A stretch of 62,039 nt of DNA, counting the filler, from Nemertoderma westbladi (Eukaryota; Animalia; Xenacoelomorpha): the NCBI GenBank assembly GCA_032718475.1. It is 3 parts of 3 records of this genome, joined end to end, with 100 filler letters (N's around TTAATTAATTAA, not from the genome) between each part and the next. Parts side by side here need not be neighbours in the genome. Positions count along the whole stretch, not along the records: positions 26,696 to 45,666 come from JAUCBJ010003157.1; positions 45,767 to 62,039 come from JAUCBJ010004181.1; 1 more part is not named here. One strand, written 5' to 3'. Both the position numbers and the translations under genes were made by a program. The stretch's first letter is position 1. Each line of letters opens with the position of its first letter. Shown here in pieces: positions 39,101 to 52,642 of this stretch. Below the pieces are notes generated by a model that was not told the origin of the DNA, made no database searches, and saw only the letters and a program-made list of their open reading frames with translations.

Positions 39101-42100
39101 AGATAGACGTACCTATAGAGGGGGTGGGAGCATACAGATAGACGTACCTATAGAGGGGATGGGAGCATCCAGATAGACGTACCTATAGAGGGGATGGGAG
39201 CATACAGATAGACGTACCTATAGAGGGGATGGGAGCATACAGATAGACGTACCTATAGAGGGGATGGGAGCATACAGATAGACGTACCTATAGAGGGGAT
39301 GGGAGCATACAGATAGACGTACCTATAGAGGGGATGGGAGCATACAGATAGACGTACCTATAGAGGGGGTGGGAGCATACCTATACACGTACCTATAGAG
39401 GGGGTGGGAGCATACAGATAGACGTACCTATACAGGGGGTGGGAGCATACAGATAGACGTACCTATATGGAGGGGGTGGGAGCATACAGATAGACGTACC
39501 TATAGAGGGGATGGGAGCATACAGATAGACGTACCTATAGAGGGGATGGGAGCATACAGATAGACGTACCTATAGAGGGGATGGGAGCATACAGATAGAC
39601 GTACCTATAGAGGGGATGGGAGCATACAGATAGACGTACCTATAGGAGGGGGTGGGAGCATACAGATAGACGTACCTATAGAGGGGGTGGGAGCATACAG
39701 ATAGACGTACCTATAGAGGGGATGGGAGCATACAGATAGACGTACCTATAGAGGGGATGGGAGCATACAGATAGACGTACCTATAGAGGGGATGGGAGCA
39801 TACAGATAGACGTACCTATAGAGGGGATGGGAGCATACAGATACACGTACCTATAGAGGGGGTGGGAGCATACAGATAGACGTACCTATAGAGGGGATGG
39901 GAGCATACAGATAGACGTACCTATAGAGGGGATGGGAGCATCCAGATAGACGTACCTATATGGAGGGGATGGGAGCATACAGATAGACGTACCTATAGAG
40001 GGGATGGGAGCATACAGATAGACGTACCTATAGAGGGGATGGGAGCATACAGATAGACGTACCTATAGAGGGGATGGGAGCATACAGATAGACGTACCTA
40101 TATGGAGGGGGTGGGAGCATACAGATAGACGTACCTATAGAGGGGATGGGAGCATACAGATAGACGTACCTATAGAGGGGGTGGGAGCATACAGATAGAC
40201 GTACCTATAGAGGGGATGGGAGCATACAGATAGACGTACCTATATGGAGGGGGTGGGAGCATACAGATAGACGTACCTATACAGGGGGTGGGAGCATACA
40301 GATAGACGTACCTATAGAGGGGATGGGAGCATACAGATAGACGTACCTATAGAGGGGATGGGAGCATCCAGATAGACGTACCTATATGGAGGGGGTGGGA
40401 GCATACAGATAGACGTACCTATAGAGGGGATGGGAGCATACAGATAGACGTACCTATATGGAGGGGGTGGGAGCATACAGATAGACGTACCTATACAGGG
40501 GGTGGGAGCATACAGATAGACGTACCTATAGAGGGGATGGGAGCATACAGATAGACGTACCTATAGAGGGGATGGGAGCATACAGATAGACGTACCTATA
40601 GAGGGGGTGGGAGCATACAGATACACGTACCTATAGAGGGGGTGGGAGCATACAGATAGACGTACCTATACAGGGGGTGGGAGCATACAGATAGACGTAC
40701 CTATAGAGGGGATGGGAGCATCCAGATAGACGTACCTATAGAGGGGATGGGAGCATACAGATAGACGTACCTATAGAGGGGATGGGAGCATACAGATAGA
40801 CGTACCTATAGAGGGGATGGGAGCATACAGATAGACGTACCTATAGAGGGGATGGGAGCATACAGATAGACGTACCTATAGAGGGGATGGGAGCATACAG
40901 ATAGACGTACCTATAGAGGGGGTGGGAGCATACCGATACACGTACCTATAGAGGGGGTGGGAGCATACAGATAGACGTACCTATACAGGGGGTGGGAGCA
41001 TACAGATAGACGTACCTATATGGAGGGGGTGGGAGCATACAGATAGACGTACCTATAGAGGGGATGGGAGCATACAGATAGACGTACCTATAGAGGGGAT
41101 GGGAGCATACAGATAGACGTACCTATAGAGGGGATGGGAGCATACAGATAGACGTACCTATACAGGGGGTGGGAGCATACAGATAGACGTACCTATATGG
41201 AGGGGGTGGGAGCATCCAGATAGACGTACCTATATGGAGGGGGTGGGAGCATACAGATAGACGTACCTATACAGGGGGTGGGAGCATACAGATAGACGTA
41301 CCTATAGAGGGGATGGGAGCATACAGATAGACGTACCTATAGAGGGGATGGGAGCATACAGATAGACGTACCTATAGAGGGGATGGGAGCATCCAGATAG
41401 ACGTACCTATATGGAGGGGGTGGGAGCATACAGATAGACGTACCTATACAGGGGGTGGGAGCATACAGATAGACGTACCTATACAGGGGGTGGGAGCATA
41501 CAGATAGACGTACCTATAGAGGGGATGGGAGCATCCAGATAGACGTACCTATATGGAGGGGGTGGGAGCATACAGATAGACGTACCTATATGGAGGGGGT
41601 GGGAGCATACAGATAGACGTACCTATAGAGGGGATGGGAGCATACAGATAGACGTACCTATAGAGGGGATGGGAGCATACAGATAGACGTACCTATAGAG
41701 GGGATGGGAGCATACAGATAGACGTACCTATAGAGGGGGTGGGAGCATACAGATAGACGTACCTATATGGAGGGGGTGGGAGCATACAGATAGACGTACC
41801 TATATGGAGGGGGTGGGAGCATACAGATAGACGTACCTATAGAGGGGATGGGAGCATACAGATAGACGTACCTATAGAGGGGATGGGAGCATACAGATAG
41901 ACGTACCTATAGAGGGGATGGGAGCATACAGATAGACGTACCTATAGAGGGGATGGGAGCATACAGATAGACGTACCTATAGAGGGGATGGGAGCATACA
42001 GATAGACGTACCTATAGAGGGGATGGGAGCATACAGATAGACGTACCTATAGAGGGGATGGGAGCATACAGATAGACGTACCTATAGAGGGGATGGGAGC

Positions 42101-45100
42101 ATACAGATAGACGTACCTATAGAGGGGATGGGAGCATACAGATAGACGTACCTATAGAGGGGATGGGAGCATACAGATAGACGTACCTATAGAGGGGATG
42201 GGAGCATACAGATAGACGTACCTATAGAGGGGGTGGGAGCATACAGATAGACGTACCTATAGAGGGGATGGGAGCATACAGATAGACGTACCTATAGAGG
42301 GGGTGGGAGCATACAGATAGACGTACCTATAGAGGGGATGGGAGCATACAGATAGACGTACCTATAGAGGGGATGGGAGCATACAGATAGACGTACCTAT
42401 ATAGAGGGGATGGGAGCATACAGATAGACGTACCTATATGGAGGGGGTGGGAGCATACAGATAGACGTACCTATATGGAGGGGGTGGGAGCATACAGATA
42501 GACGTACCTATAGAGGGGATGGGAGCATACAGATAGACGTACCTATAGAGGGGGTGGGAGCATCCAGATAGACGTACCTATATGGAGGGGGTGGGAGCAT
42601 ACAGATAGACGTACCTATATGGAGGGGGTGGGAGCATACAGATAGACGTACCTATAGAGGGGATGGGAGCATACAGATAGACGTGCCTATAGAGGGGATG
42701 GGAGCATACAGATAGACGTACCTACATGGAGAGGGTGGGAGCATACAGATAGACGTACCTATAGAGGGGATGGGAGCATACAGATAGACGTACCTATGGA
42801 GGGGGTGGGAGCATACAGATAGACGTACCTATGGAGGGGGTGGGAGCATACAGATAGACGTACCTATGGAGGGGGTGGGAGCATACAGATAGACGTACCT
42901 ATAGAGGGGATGGGAGCATCCAGATAGACGTACCTATATGGAGGGGGTGGGAGCATACAGATAGACGTACCTATAGAGGGGATGGGAGCATACAGATAGA
43001 CGTACCTATAGAGGGGATGGGAGCATACAGATACACGTACCTATAGAGGGGGTGGGAGCATACAGATAGACGTACCTATAGAGGGGATGGGAGCATACAG
43101 ATAGACGTACCTATAGAGGGGATGGGAGCATACAGATACACGTACCTATAGAGGGGGTGGGAGCATACAGATAGACGTACCTATACAGGGGATGGGAGCA
43201 TACAGATAGACGTACCTATACAGGGGATGGGAGCATACAGATAGACGTACCTATAGAGGGGATGGGAGCATACAGATACACGTACCTATAGAGGGGGTGG
43301 GAGCATACAGATAGACGTACCTATACAGGGGATGGGAGCATACAGATAGACGTACCTATACAGGGGATGGGAGCATACAGATAGACGTACCTATAGAGGG
43401 GATGGGAGCATACAGATAGACGTACCTATAGAGGGGATGGGAGCATACAGATAGCACGTACCTATAGAGGGGATGGGAGCATACAGATAGACGTACCTAT
43501 AGAGGGGATGGGAGCATACAGATAGACGTACCTATAGAGGGGATGGGAGCATACAGATAGACGTACCTATAGAGGGGATGGGAGCATACAGATAGACGTA
43601 CCTATAGAGGGGATGGGAGCATACAGATAGACGTACCTATAGAGGGGATGGGAGCATACAGATAGACGTACCTATAGAGGGGATGGGAGCATACAGATAG
43701 ACGTACCTATAGAGGGGATGGGAGCATACAGATAGACGTACCTATAGAGGGGATGGGAGCATACAGATAGACGTACCTATAGGAGGGGGTGGGAGCATAC
43801 AGATAGACGTACCTATAGAGGGGGTGGGAGCATACAGATAGACGTACCTATAGAGGGGATGGGAGCATACAGATAGACGTACCTATAGAGGGGATGGGAG
43901 CATACAGATAGACGTACCTATAGAGGGGATGGGAGCATACAGATAGACGTACCTATAGAGGGGATGGGAGCATACAGATAGACGTACCTATAGAGGGGAT
44001 GGGAGCATACAGATAGACGTACCTATAGAGGGGATGGGAGCATACAGATAGACGTACCTATAGAGGGGATGGGAGCATACAGATAGACGTACCTATAGAG
44101 GGGATGGGAGCATACAGATAGACGTACCTATAGAGGGGATGGGAGCATACAGATAGACGTACCTATAGAGGGGATGGGAGCATACAGATAGACGTACCTA
44201 TAGAGGGGGTGGGAGCATACAGATAGACGTACCTATAGAGGGGATGGGAGCATACAGATAGACGTACCTATAGAGGGGATGGGAGCATACAGATAGACGT
44301 ACCTATAGAGGGGATGGGAGCATACAGATAGACGTACCTATAGAGGGGATGGGAGCATACAGATAGACGTACCTATAGAGGGGATGGGAGCATACAGATA
44401 GACGTACCTATAGAGGGGATGGGAGCATACAGATAGACGTACCTATAGAGGGGATGGGAGCATACAGATAGACGTACCTATAGAGGGGATGGGAGCATAC
44501 AGATAGACGTACCTATATGGAGGGGGTGGGAGCATACAGATAGACGTACCTATAGAGGGGATGGGAGCATACAGATAGACGTACCTATAGAGGGGATGGG
44601 AGCATACAGATAGACGTACCTATAGAGGGGATGGGAGCATACAGATAGACGTACCTATAGAGGGGATGGGAGCATACAGATAGACGTACCTATATGGAGG
44701 GGGTGGGAGCATACAGATAGACGTACCTATAGAGGGGATGGGAGCATACAGATAGACGTACCTATAGAGGGGATGGGAGCATACAGATAGACGTACCTAT
44801 AGAGGGGATGGGAGCATACAGATAGACGTACCTATAGAGGGGATGGGAGCATACAGATAGACGTACCTATAGAGGGGATGGGAGCATACAGATAGACGTA
44901 CCTATAGAGGGGATGGGAGCATACAGATAGACGTACCTATAGAGGGGATGGGAGCATACAGATAGACGTACCTATAGAGGGGATGGGAGCATACAGATAG
45001 ACGTACCTATAGAGGGGATGGGAGCATACAGATAGACGTACCTATAGAGGGGATGGGAGCATACAGATAGACGTACCTATAGAGGGGATGGGAGCATACA

Positions 45101-45666
45101 GATAGACGTACCTATAGAGGGGATGGGAGCATACAGATAGACGTACCTATAGAGGGGATGGGAGCATACAGATAGACGTACCTATAGAGGGGATGGGAGC
45201 ATACAGATAGACGTACCTATAGAGGGGATGGGAGCATACAGATAGACGTACCTATAGAGGGGATGGGAGCATACAGATAGACGTACCTATAGAGGGGATG
45301 GGAGCATACAGATAGACGTACCTATAGAGGGGATGGGAGCATACAGATAGACGTACCTATAGAGGGGATGGGAGCATACAGATAGACGTACCTATAGAGG
45401 GGATGGGAGCATACAGATAGACGTACCTATATGGAGGGGGTGGGAGCATACAGATAGACGTACCTATAGAGGGGATGGGAGCATACAGATAGACGTACCT
45501 ATAGAGGGGGTGGGAGCATACAGATAGACGTACCTATATGGAGGGGGTGGGAGCATACAGATAGACGCACCTATAGAGGGGATGGGAGCATACAGATAGA
45601 CGTACCTATATGGAGGGGATGGGAGCATACAGATAGACGTACCTATAGAGGGGATGGGAGCATACA
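36129..45666 (-). repeat. Intronic satellite, 35-bp unit (38-bp variants), roughly 270 copies, running into the gap
   Basis: Plus-strand unit acgtacctatagaggggatgggagcatacagatag; on the Crumbs strand GTACGTctatctgtatgctcccatcccctctatAG. Confidence 0.97.
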
Positions 45667-45766
45667 NNNNNNNNNNNNNNNNNNNNNNNNNNNNNNNNNN
45701 NNNNNNNNNNTTAATTAATTAANNNNNNNNNNNNNNNNNNNNNNNNNNNNNNNNNNNNNNNNNNNN
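45667..45766. other. Assembly gap / artificial linker
   Basis: N run with central ttaattaattaa, 100 bp in total. Confidence 0.97.
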
Positions 45767-46132
45767 TATTGTCCAATATTTGTAAATTTTTGACGTATAA
45801 TTACTGTAAAAAATTAACGTTAAAAATTGACAGAAATCTAACGTATTTTAACGTAGGTTTATGGTTAAATTCTAACTGTCATTTTTTAACGAATGTCTAA
45901 CATAAACCCAACGTTAGATTAACGTTGGTGGTTTGTAGGGGTATAATAAAACGAGCTCATTAAGTTTTTGTCTCATTCTGGGGAGATAAATTCACTAACT
46001 ACAGTAAGGTCTCAGGAATTGAGTATTCTTGGCCCTTGGGTATTCTTAGCCCGCAAAACAATAACGTTTATTGTTTTGGTTCCCCCAATACTCATCTGAA
46101 TCCTGCTCCTTTACTAACCTGCTCGCCCCTTT

Positions 46133-46226
46133 ACTGTCTGCACCAGTGTCTGCACCACTGTCTACATCACTGTCTGCACCACTGTCTGACACCACTGTCT
46201 GCATCACTGTCTGCACCAGTGTCTGC
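46133..46226. repeat. Short 12-bp tandem repeat (actgtctgcacc)
   Basis: Visible imperfect tandem copies. Confidence 0.8.
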
Positions 46227-47867
46227 TTAACGTTTACTTTACACCCATAATATTACAAATAATTTGTTGTAGCTGAATGATAATTAAAATAACAGTAAAT
46301 GACTTGATACATTATTCGAAATAATTACTTGACATTTAACCCTATTACTACTGGGGGGGGTGGGGGGGGGGGTGCGAATGCCCACCCTTCGCGTGCTCTT
46401 AGATTTTAATTGCTGTAACTATGGATCCACATAATGTACTGTACATGAGGGATTTTAATTCGCCAAGGCGGGTTTTGCGTCCAGTTTCCCCATCCCCCCC
46501 CCCCCCCCCCCCCCCTGTCTCAGACAACAAGATGTAATTTATTGAATGCGATGCAATATATAGACAGACTAAAGGCCAACTTGTCCATGTCCAAGTATAA
46601 TTTTAGGGAAACTTCAGCTCATGTAGCTCATCCACCCTAGCTACATACAGTAGGCCAATATGACGGTTTAATAAAACCACAGCCTAAGCCCACAGGGTTG
46701 TAAGCAAGAGGTGAGGCCTTTACATTTACATATTGGAACACAACCCAAATTGCATTGTGTCCAAGGTGGGCGGCAAGCCATCAACATACACAAGGTCGGT
46801 TAGTAATAGTAAGTAATACGGACAGAGCTGTAGCTAGCTAGGCTGGCTTGGCCTGGTGTGTGTCTACCTCATATCCACCAGCTTGCAGGCTTGCCTAACT
46901 AACCAGCTAACTATTCTCCCTTCCTAGCCACCTGTGCTCTCTGTGAGGCTCCAGTTAGCTGGTTAGCTGAAAGCCCAGAGGCAATTAGTCTGTCACTCAT
47001 CCAAGGTGCAGTGGTAACTCAAAGGCAGACCGCCATCCCATCATTATTCCAACCTAAAGAAAATGTCGTGAAACCAAATCTGGTCGCAAATTGTTTTTGT
47101 TGTGTTTATTCAAAAACAGCACATGGAAACAAAATTTCGTAACGTACAAACAATACAGTTTTGTAAGGGCCTTCTGGTGGTATTATTTTTGTAAATCTAT
47201 TCCTATGATTATTATTACAATTTTTAAATTTAATTTTTGAAAGGGATTTGTTAGTGATACTTTGAATTTGTGAAACCAGATTTGGTTTCACAAAGAAACC
47301 AAATCTCGCTGAGAATACCCAACTGGATTGGCAATTGGAGTGGGTGGAGGCAAGGCTGCAGAGGGAAACTTCAGAACTTGATGCATATCTCAACCTGAAT
47401 GTTAAATTCTCAATTTAGGGAAAGGAACAGGTTATAGTGGCACGTTATTCTAACCAAAACAATAAACTAAAGTCTATTCTATAGAACATCACTACCCCGA
47501 AATGCACCCTCATACAGCCATATTGATCATTGTATTGATGTCTGGATGTGTTATGTTCAGATGTTATGATTATAAGTACTGGCTGACTGGAGTACAGTAC
47601 AGAGTATGACTATACAGCTATAAACATGAAGCCATAGCTGCATAGGCCTACACTGATACAAACCATTCCTACTATGACCTTGACCTACTGCTGTACTGTA
47701 TTACAGCTGTACAGTCTGACAGTACTGCAGTATTAAACTGCCAGACAGACTGCTGGAATGCTACTGTCAGACAGTAGGCCTACTGGTCCGGTACTGTAGT
47801 AAGTAAGTAAGCCTTCTGCTGTACTGTATTGCATCACTGGTCAGCAGATAGGTAGTTGGGTATTCGA

Positions 47868-47997
47868 TTGGGTAAAGTTGGGTGGTATTGGGTAAAGTGG
47901 GGTAAATTTGGGTAAAGTTGGGTAAAAAGTTGGGTAAAGTGGGGTAAAGTTGGGTAAGTTTGGGTAAAGTTGGGTAGATTTGGGTAAAGTTGGGTAA
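47868..47997. repeat. 10-bp tandem repeat (ttgggtaaag)
   Basis: About a dozen imperfect copies. Confidence 0.85.
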
Positions 47998-49130
47998 TTA
48001 GTAGGACCGATATATCCTAATAAATGAGGTGAGAATGAGAGTCAATAACACAAATACAGACTGACTGGTGATAGTTTATTTTTGCTAGTAATCTCTGGCG
48101 CTGCTTGGGGAGGTTGTTGATTGTTGTTTGTTTTGTACCAATAATAGTTTAGTAGTTAAAGATTGTAACTGTGTAATGCTGATACAATTGCCCAGCAATC
48201 TAAATCATCCTTCACTCTATATCAGTTCAGTATATCTATCTTTCCATTCCTACATCAGTACATACAGATTACAGACAGACATATAATGAAAATAATTTCA
48301 TCCCGTTTTTCATTAGGGCTAGAAACAATTTGGTTGAATCCCTTAACACGCGTTTTGGTTTTCTCAGCCTTTCTAAATTTTGACACTATTTTTCTTCTGT
48401 CAGTCTGTCACGCCGTTTCTCAAACTTTAATGCCCCCTTGCCTTCTTGCTTCCTTTTGGTGATGTTCACGTTCTGACCTCTGACGTTGTCAAATATTATT
48501 ACGTTTATTTCCATTTCAGCCTTTGAAGCATGTGATTCTTTAGTTTTGTTTATGCCTATACCAGTATACCATACCGGACCGGTATACCAGTCCACGGTAT
48601 CTGTTACAGACTCATCCATCTTTCCATTAACATATTAACAACATATCAAATACATTCTGACATTTCATCAACTAATGTTTTGTTTATAAATCATAACAAC
48701 TCGACAAGGGTAAGCAAGAAGTAAGCAATTTTGAAGTAATTTACAATGATAGAGTTACTGACAGGGCTGCATGATAATTGTTGCCAAAAATGGCAACCAT
48801 TATTTTTCTTTAATTCTAATGGTTGCCAAAAATGGCAATAATTATTTTAGGCACATTTCGGCTTATTGCTAAGAGAAATTCAGACGATGATTTTTTTTCT
48901 TATACGGTCAATTATATTTAAATTTCGCGCTCTTTTCACTTACCTATTTACTAAAATGCGATTCTGCTTCTGGGCGTGCGAAAATTAGAAAAACCAAAAG
49001 TTGCCAGATTTGGCAATAAACATTGCCATATGTGGCAACTTTTGAGGTTGCCAGATTTGGCCATTGTACCTAACTGAAAGTTAGGCTTAACATGTCAGCC
49101 TACCGTAAACCGGGTACCGGCTGACCGGTA

Positions 49131-50437
49131 CCGTAATTCGGGGTGACTTGATACAGTTTTTGCCTTTAACTGTGAATATCTTCTGAAGTTTTTATCCTAC
49201 ACAGATGGAATAAAAAGAAAATGTTATAGTCGGGATGACAGGATGAGTACTACAGTCTACTACACCACTACTGCACTATAGACTAAAGCACTATTTCGGG
49301 TGCTTAGTCTAGTGGTGTTTTTTTCTTAAGAACCAGCTGTATCAAGTCACCCCACGCCCACGACATAACGGGGTGACTTGATACACAAGCAAATTTTCCG
49401 CAATAATACCACTCTGTCTGTCTGTGAATGAGTTTGAATTGGATCATGTTGTAGGCTGTGGGGGTGACTTGATACATCTTGGAAATTTTAAAAAAAGAAC
49501 GAAGTCCCCACCTACTGACCTAACGGGGATATAAAATTATGGCTAAAATTAAAAATATCTCAATTTTTTAATGCAAAATATTTCATATTTAACAAGTTAA
49601 ATTGCACTTTAAAAACGAAAAAGACTTTCATTGCATAGTGATTAGTGACATCCTGACACCAGTAAGTACTGAAGTACTGAAGTAAGACAATACATTTTAG
49701 AAAAAACTGGAAACTAAAACAATGAATTTAAGCACAAATTTTGCAAATTTAAGGTTTAAGTAAAGAAAAATATTTTAGAAAATTTAACATCTTACAATAT
49801 TTAACAAGTTAAATTGAAGTTTAAAAAACGAAAAAGACTTTCATTGCATTGAGACATCCTGACACCAGTAAATAAGACAAAACATTTTAGAAAAAACTGC
49901 AAACTAAATCAATGAATTTAAGCACAAATTTTGCAAAATCAACGTTTAAGTCACAGGTAGTCTGGTAGTCACAGGTATCAGAACATTTTCGCCTACATTA
50001 TACCATATATATGTATCAATTCACCCCATTTTGTGACACACTTTCAAAAAACGGGCACTCTGCCCCCAATTCATATGAAAATTTGTAAATTTTTTTTATG
50101 ATCATACAGTCATAATATTCAAACTCATCTATTACAGTATTAGCATCTGTAAAAATATTTTTTGAACAACATTAACCCAAAGTGTCAAAAATTCGACCTA
50201 TATTTTGACATTGAAAAAAGTAAATTTTTGAAAAATGCATTTTTGGCTCTAGTGATCACAAATGCGAAGCAATAACAAAATTTATTTTACTATTTGATAG
50301 ACAATCTATTCAGACATCTTCTAATATTTCAATTTTTATCATAACATCACGCAATCACCCACAATCCAAAGAAAAAAAAGTATAACTTGCTGTATGTATC
50401 AAGTCACCTCAATGTATCAAGTCACCCCGAATTACGG
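49131..50437. mobile_element. Tc1/mariner/pogo-type MITE with TA TSD
   Basis: ta|ccgtaattcggggtgacttgataca ... tgtatcaagtcaccccgaattacgg|ta; internal copies of ggggtgacttgataca and an internal duplication of about 170-200 bp. Confidence 0.85.
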
Positions 50438-51097
50438 TAGGCCTACTTTAATTAATTAAATCCAAAATTTTAGTTTTTTTATAGTCTGACAGTCAGACAG
50501 TGCTGCAGTGACAGTTAGAAACTACAGAGTTATTAATTTTAAACTATGTGTGAAGCGTGCGGCAACTGTCTGACTGTTTAATTTTCAATTTACTAGGCAG
50601 CTAGGCCTAGGCCTATAAAATTAAAACATAGCAGCATAATACTGTAGGCCTAATACAGTTACAAGTTAGGCCACCTTCTCTTGTAACTGAATAGGCCTAG
50701 TGAATATGTGTAAGTTATCAGTCTGTCAGTTATTGGAAAGGTTTCATGATCTTTTTAATTTTGAATACCGGTACCGATTATATACCGGTACCCTACTGCC
50801 GTATAGGCCCTATCTATATATCACTATCTATATATCATTGTTGACTTCAGGACTTGCTGACTTGGCAGTGAATTGTGGATGTAGGCAGGTAGGCGCGTTA
50901 TCTTTGGCTGTAATTTATATGGCTTTTTACGGTTGTGTGGTACAGGCGGTAGACCTACCTTATACTTAAACTAACTGACTAACGAATAATTCGGAAATCT
51001 CCATCTTAATCTGATGCTGGATTATTATATACGACGGCGACGGCAAAGAGACTCAACTAATAGCGAACTGCCTCTCTTTCCTCACGCCAATCTTATA

Positions 51098-52642
51098 ATG
51101 AAACGGCTAAAGAGGCGACTATCTTCTAGTCTTAGAGGTAGTCGCGAATTAACTGAAACAATTAGCGAACTGGCCGAGCAGATAACCCCCGACGAAACGG
51201 CGTCCGTCATTGAGAACGACCACGCGATCGGAGCGGACAACGAGTTCGCAACCCGAGTCCGCTCCGCATCTGCAGCGGGCCTGCCCTTCTCTCACAACCA
51301 CCACGAGTACAACCGACAGCCGTCGTCGCATTCCTACGACGGAATCCCGTCAGCGGCTACCAACGGCAACCGAACGGAGTACGTCGCAGTCAACGGGGAG
51401 ATGAGCGACGTACTCAACCCGTTGTACAACGAGCTCCCGGTCCAGATGCGCAATAAAAGTCGGAGTTTTCGCGCATCGGTTCCCGAACTGCAGACTAAAC
51501 GACTCTCTCTTCCCGTCGATGTACAACTACCCCGGGACTTCCTCGACAAACTCTCCAATGTCCATCTCCTACCGACAACCCCGATGAATAGACTGGAGAG
51601 ACGCGCGTCGCTCACGGAGATCGGGTTCGGCAGACTCGAAAGTTACACTAAATTGGACAAATTAGGGGAAGGAACGTACGCGACCGTATATAAGGGAAGG
51701 AGTCGTTTAACAGACGCGATCGTAGCCTTGAAAGAAATCCGGTTGGAGCACGAGGAAGGGGCTCCTTGTACCGCCATCCGTGAGATTTCTCTTCTCAAGG
51801 GGTTGAAACACGCGAACATTGTTACACTCCACGACATAATTCATACGAGTAAATCTCTGACGCTCGTCTTTGAGTTTGTCGATAGGGACTTGAAGCAGTA
51901 CATGGACGACTGCGGTAGCATTATGAATATGGGTAACGTGAAACTCTTTCTGTTCCAACTGCTACGGGGTCTCGCGTACTGCCACAAGCGGCGCGTTCTC
52001 CATAGGGACCTGAAGCCCCAGAATATATTGATCAACGACCGTGGCGAGTTGAAGTTGGCCGATTTCGGGCTGGCGCGCGCCAAATCCGTGCCAACTAAGA
52101 CTTACAGCAACGAGGTGGTCACCTTGTGGTACCGACCACCGGACGTGTTGCTAGGCAGCACGGACTACACCACCTCCATCGATATGTGGGGCGTCGGCTG
52201 CATCTACTACGAGATGAGCTCCGGGCGTCCCCTGTTCCCGGGCTCCACGGTAGAGGGCCAACTCTGTCTCATCTTTAAACTCCTCGGGACTCCCTCCTCC
52301 TCGGAGTGGCCCCAAATAGTAAACAGCGAGGAATTTAAATCCTACCACTTCCCCAACTTCCCCGGGGAGTCGTTGTTCAACCACGCGCCCCGATTGGAGA
52401 GCTCCGGGCGCGGGTTGCTCACCCAACTGCTCCAGTACGACGGGCAGCGACGGTGCTCCGCCGACGAGGCCATGCGATGCGGGCTGTTCGACGCGTACGG
52501 GCCCGCGATCCATCGCCTCCACGACGAGCAGAGTCTCCTCGACGTTCCGGGCATCCTGCTGGGTCGGGACCCCGGCTACAGGTCCTCCTCCATCCCCTCC
52601 TCCCAGCACGGTAAGTCCCGCAGACAGTCCATGCTCTTCTAG
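51098..52642 (+). CDS. CDK17: PCTAIRE-family cyclin-dependent kinase (CDK16/17/18 group, CDK17-like), single coding exon; in-frame upstream ATG at 51014
   Basis: MKRLKRRLS N-terminus, KRLSLP, GEGTYATVYK, EGAPCTAIRE, HRDLKPQN, DFGLAR, LWYRPPD, C-terminal RRQSMLF. Confidence 0.93.
   Translation: MKRLKRRLSSSLRGSRELTETISELAEQITPDETASVIENDHAIGADNEFATRVRSASAAGLPFSHNHHEYNRQPSSHSYDGIPSAATNGNRTEYVAVNGEMSDVLNPLYNELPVQMRNKSRSFRASVPELQTKRLSLPVDVQLPRDFLDKLSNVHLLPTTPMNRLERRASLTEIGFGRLESYTKLDKLGEGTYATVYKGRSRLTDAIVALKEIRLEHEEGAPCTAIREISLLKGLKHANIVTLHDIIHTSKSLTLVFEFVDRDLKQYMDDCGSIMNMGNVKLFLFQLLRGLAYCHKRRVLHRDLKPQNILINDRGELKLADFGLARAKSVPTKTYSNEVVTLWYRPPDVLLGSTDYTTSIDMWGVGCIYYEMSSGRPLFPGSTVEGQLCLIFKLLGTPSSSEWPQIVNSEEFKSYHFPNFPGESLFNHAPRLESSGRGLLTQLLQYDGQRRCSADEAMRCGLFDAYGPAIHRLHDEQSLLDVPGILLGRDPGYRSSSIPSSQHGKSRRQSMLF

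Noticed and set aside
47868-47997. Telomere-like G-rich repeat
   Set aside because: The 10-bp unit is not a canonical telomeric repeat, and the array is short and interstitial.
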